Assembly (NCBI GenBank): GCA_009602725.1
Contig: WELB01000016.1
Span: 758,122-790,670 of the forward strand
Direction: 5' to 3'
Source: Spirogloea muscicola
Lineage: Eukaryota
Length of the DNA stretch: 32,549 nucleotides
The translations under genes and the position numbers were made by a program. Under the pieces are notes generated by a model that saw only the letters and a program-made list of their open reading frames with translations, did no database searches and had not been told where the DNA came from. The number at the start of each line of letters is the position of its first letter. Position 1 is the first letter of the stretch. Positions 28,422 through 32,549 of the stretch are shown here, piece by piece.

Positions 28422-29909
28422 GACGGCCCCGCCGCCGCCGCCTCCGGCGCGCTGCCCGCGCCGCGCGCGCCCCACGGTAACGCCCCCGCGACGCCCATGG
28501 CGGCGTTGCCAGCTTCTCGAACGGCGGCCCTTCTGAGAGCTCCGGCGGAGCTTCCGGAGTGAGCGCAAAGGCTGCAACCATTGGCAGCGCACGCCGGCTT
28601 CCCGCTGAGACAGCGGCAATGGTGGCCCCCGCCTCCTCTCCGCCGCAGACTTCGCGTCCATGGGTGGCGGCACCGTGGAGCCCGCGGGGTGGCGGGAGCG
28701 CGACCACGCGTGGCGCCTGCAGCACACCCCCGTCGAGCTCCTCGGGAAGGTGTGCGCTGCGGGCCGGCCGCCTGCTCTGCCTCTCGCGCATCGCTGCGGA
28801 TTCGAGCCCGTGTCTGCGCCATGAGACAGCGATGTCCTGACCGTCATTGCCGCCCCGCCCGAGGCTCTATTGGATGCACAGCTCCGGCTGTGGGCCCTCC
28901 CCCTGCCGCCACGATACTCGGGAACACCTGCATTCGGTGGCCAGTTAGCTGTCGGAGGCCAGGTTCCGCCGCCAGTGGTGGTAGTTACGTTAGGGCTCCC
29001 GCTGTCTGCACTGTGCTTGCAATGGTAGCACAGTGTGGGCCTAACCGCTGCCGCCGCGGGGTTGCCACAGCTGGAGCAGCTGCAGGATCGGGGCATGGGC
29101 AAGCAGGCGCAGACGGACGGCCCGGACCAGGGCATCGTTGAGCTCAGTGTCGTTGAGGACAGCGAGAAGCAGAGTGAGAAGCTTCACTGCGCTTGCCCCT
29201 GCAGCTGCCGCGATGGCCGCAGCCGCAGTTAAGCAATTAGGCGGACTGCGTGTGCCGCCAATCATGATACTCATAGAGCGAGGATTTAGCCAGCATGAGT
29301 GTTACCCTTGCATCCGCCTCACTACTCAGAGCTCACGCGCCTGGCGCACAGGCGCCGAGCTGCAGAAGCTGGTGGCGGGCCTCGAGGCGACGTGCAATGG
29401 CGAGGCACATGTGGAGTACGGTGGCGAGCCCGTGCGGTGGGGCCTTACTCACCTCACGGAGACGGCGGCCGAGTGCTGCACGGCGTGCTCGGCGCATGCG
29501 GCGGATGCTGCCGCCGGCGCGCGCCCGTGCAACATCTGGGTCTACTGCCCGCTCAAGGGCGGCTGCTACTCCCCGGGCACCGGGGCCGATGCCAGCCTCC
29601 ACAAGCACAAGGAGTGCTGGCTCAAGCAGGTGCGCTGCTGCCGCTGCCTCCACCACTACCGGCGCCGGTTGCCTCGGCTGCTGCAAGCGGGCCAGCCTCG
29701 CCCGTGTGAGCAGCACACCACTAGCTGCCAGTCTCATTGCACCTGACCCATGCTCAACTTGACTTCGGAGCGCCGTGACGCAGGCCACCAAGCCCCAGGT
29801 GCTATTTGCTGGGGCGTATCCGCCAGACTTCGTTCGGGAGCACCCGGACGCGCCACCCAAGGTGCAGTGGGTGTCTGGTGTGCTCAGTGCACCAAAGACA
29901 CGCGGCTGA
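28422..29909 (+). CDS. 5'-partial plant-type Apple/PAN-like Cys-rich domain protein. Exons <28422-28476, 28649-28749, 29071-29173, 29352-29629, 29784-29909
   Basis: The spliced product contains CNGEAHVEYGGEPVRWGLTHLTETAAECCTAC...CNIWVYCP..GCYSP...HKHKECWLKQ...YPPDFVREHPDAPPKVQWVSGV. From memory, this matches a conserved uncharacterised green-plant family (VRWG...CC.AC...CNIWVYCP...ECWLK...WVSG). Phases are consistent. The start lies in or before the N-gap. Confidence 0.8.
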
Positions 29910-30440
29910 CGGCCGCACTCTTTCTTGTCAACCACATTATCGATGCCTATCGGGCCCTTCCTAACTTGTGACCTGGCAAGGAGTAAGGGAGGGGGGGAGG
30001 CTCCTGGTGCGGCGCTTTGGCCTGGCTTCCACTGCCATTCGTACTTGCTTCCTGTCAGTGCAGTTGTACGGTAACATTGTCCGCATCAGGTGCTGTGGCA
30101 ACCCGAGGAGCCACGTTGCCCATAGTGCTTAAGCGTCCTGATCATGTTGACTCCTCTCTGCCTGAAAGCTGAGCATGAGGCTGCTCATCCCTCACAACGC
30201 CTGCCCGCATCCCACAGCTGCAGCACAGAAATGCAACCCCAAAACACCAATACAACTGCCTCAAGCAGAGCAAATGGTTCTGAACAAGCTAGACGCCACA
30301 AATTGGAATTTAAAGCTTGCATGCTGGTGCATCAATTGTGCGCAAGTGCAAAGCTTTGCCAGCAACGGCCTGCAGCCCCCCCGGCTCAAGGCAGTCAGTG
30401 AGCTGACAACCACGGCTGGTGGCACCGTTGCTGTGCACGC

Positions 30441-32513
30441 TCAGTTGGCGCTGCCGTTCACCCCCTCGGAAATGTGAAACCCCTCAACCTTTTGAGCAAC
30501 CTCATTGGCGCTGACTCGCAGCGCTGGGAAACCCTCGTCACTGCCATTGTTGATGGCGGAAGCAGTCGCGGGGGGGGCCCCCGCCAGTGCAGGTGTAGCG
30601 TCAGCCTCATCAATCTGTGCACGCCAGATGCGAATGGTCCCGTCTTCGGAACCCGATGAATAAGATTCGCCGCCGGGCGCAAAGCGCACGCAATGGACCG
30701 GGCCATGGTGTCCCTTGTGGCACTCTGCGTGACGCCAACTAATAGAGTGGTCAGCATAATCTCAGCACATCATCAACATGACCTCAACATAAGCATGGTG
30801 TAAGAGTAATGGCCCAGTGGTGAAGTAGGCAACCCCATACTTTGGCAAACGTACGCGACGTTGTGAGAAAGGGGAGCACCCACCGAGCTCCTCGCCCGTC
30901 TCAAAGTCGAAGATGCGGATCCACATGTCAGCACCGCCAGCGACAAACTTGCCAATGGCCGGGTAGAGCGATGCTGACTCCACGGGCACTGCCAGCTGGT
31001 AGCTCTTGACAAGCTCAAACCTGAAGAGCGACGCCCTTGTAATGCTGTGAGGTGGCGCTCCAGCAATACATGAGGACATGCCGATTGTGGCACAAAGGGG
31101 CCGCTGGTCGTGGCCAGCTGAGAGAGGTGTGCAGGGGGAAGCGGTCTCACGAATTGGCGTCCCAAAACTTGACATCAAAGTTGTCAGCGGTGGTGATGAA
31201 ACGGCCGTCGCGGCTGACCTCCACGCTCGTGCATGGCGAGCCCGTCGAAAGCGATGCAACAACCGCCTTCGTGCGCACATCCCAGATGCTGTGAGCAGCG
31301 GCCACATGCAACACGGCCGTGAGTGCCGCCAGCCAGCATGCCGCCAACATGACCCTTCTTGCCAGCGAGATGGTGCTTGCCATATGCGGAGGGGCTCTAG
31401 CGGCGGCGGCAATGCTGGCGGCGTGGCAGGGAGTGCGGCAAGCGCATAGTAGCACCTAACGCCACCCAAGTCTGAGAGCGAGCTGAGGATGAGGCGGTCG
31501 TCGGCATGCCACGTGACACAGCGCACGGGGCCGGCGAGGCCCTCAATGGTCGACGGCGGCGCTTCCGGCGCATTGAGGTCGAACACGCGCAGCATGCGCT
31601 CGTGGCCACCGGTCAGTAGCAGCCTGGAGTCCTGGCATGGCACTTGAGGAGCGGCATCAGAAGTGAATCTGATGGCGACCGCGGCTTCGGCGTCAAAGGG
31701 AGCTCCGATTGAGGGCGATGAATGACAAGTGCCAGAGGCTGACCTGGGAGAAGGCGATGGTCCGGACAATGTGCTTGTGCTCGAAGAGGTGCAGCTCGTC
31801 GCCCGATAGCGCGTCCCAGACCCGCCTGAGAGCACCGCCAGACACATCATCAGGTGGAGAGGGATGGAGACGGTGAAAGGAGGAGAGAGGGAGGGAGGGA
31901 GGGAGACACGGGGGGACGCAAAGAGATAGTGGGGAGAGGAGTGGATGCTGGACGCTGGAGGAGAGCTCGCCGCAGCTGTGCACAGCTATCGTGGCGGCAC
32001 TCGCCAAGGTGGCGGTGTGGGCGCTCACGCGCTGAAGTCGGCGGAGGCGGTGGCGGCGCGCAGCGCGGGCGTGTCGAGGCAGGCGCCCCACACGGCGCCC
32101 TTGTGGCCCTCGAACGTCCCGATCCAGTCGCCCGTCTCGCCGTTGCGCAGCATCGGCTTGCCGTCTGCGCAGCCGTAGGCGCAGACTCAGTCTCGAACGA
32201 AAGGCTGGCCAGCAGCCCGAGCCGCGTCGTGAGGGCTGCCCGTCGCCGTCCCGGCGGGGCCCAAGTCGCCAGCGGAGCGCAGGGACGGCCATGGCTCTGG
32301 CCAAGCGGCGCAGCCAGAGGGCGGCCATGGCTGGCCTCCAGGCGGCGGAGGCAGAGGGAGGAGGGAGGGAGGAGGGAGGTGGGCGCCCACCTTTGCTGGC
32401 GGAGATGAGGAAGTAGCCGTCGTCCGTGACGGGGCTGTAGGCCAGGTCCACGATCGGCCGCGAGTGCCCGTGGCACACCAGCGGCACCTGCGTCCGCCGC
32501 CGCTGCGGCTCCA

Positions 32514-32514
<1 letters not shown>
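30441..32514 (-). CDS. STRAP: Serine-threonine kinase receptor-associated protein (STRAP/UNRIP), WD40 repeat. Exons 32391-32514, 32029-32164, 31744-31825, 31456-31631, 31151-31288, 30884-31020, 30441-30724
   Basis: Diagnostic N-terminus [16 protein letters not shown]....[35 protein letters not shown], followed by [24 protein letters not shown] and [31 protein letters not shown]. Confidence 0.95.

Positions 32515-32549
<35 letters not shown>
32515..32549 (-). repeat. (GGC)n tract immediately upstream of the STRAP ATG (5' UTR/island)
   Basis: Pure cgc/ccg repeat running to the window end. Confidence 0.9.

Noticed and set aside
27959..29141. Long 186-322 aa ORFs around the N-gap
   Set aside because: Stop-poor GC-rich island plus N read-through; low-complexity Arg/Ala/Pro sequence with no domain. 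The real exons belong to the + strand Apple-like gene.

Overview
Eukaryotic, intron-rich genomic DNA. It is most likely from a green alga or early-diverging streptophyte; this is an inference from plant-like proteins, transit-peptide-like N-termini and CCCTAAA telomere-type repeats. By hand-splicing GT-AG introns I can reconstruct six genes: DNMT2/TRDMT1 tRNA C38 methyltransferase (+), oligopeptidase B ending in the peroxisomal signal SRL (-), a HAD-IG cytosolic-purine-type 5'-nucleotidase with a transit-like N-terminus (-), a RAD54B/Rdh54-type SNF2 ATPase (+), a plant Apple/PAN-like Cys-rich protein whose 5' end falls in an N-gap (+), and STRAP/UNRIP WD40 protein (-). Every gene start sits beside a CpG/(CCG)n-rich island, while long gene bodies look CpG-poor. 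Two intergenic blocks (16.4-17.5 kb and 25.2-28.0 kb) share an unnamed modular palindromic repeat family (GGGCTGGC core), including a ~365-bp foldback. Decayed non-LTR retrotransposon fragments and an unidentified pseudogene-like coding fragment are also present. I found no clear novel multi-gene system. The best leads are the repeat family, the CpG-island architecture, the PTS1 on oligopeptidase B and the RAD54B gene.
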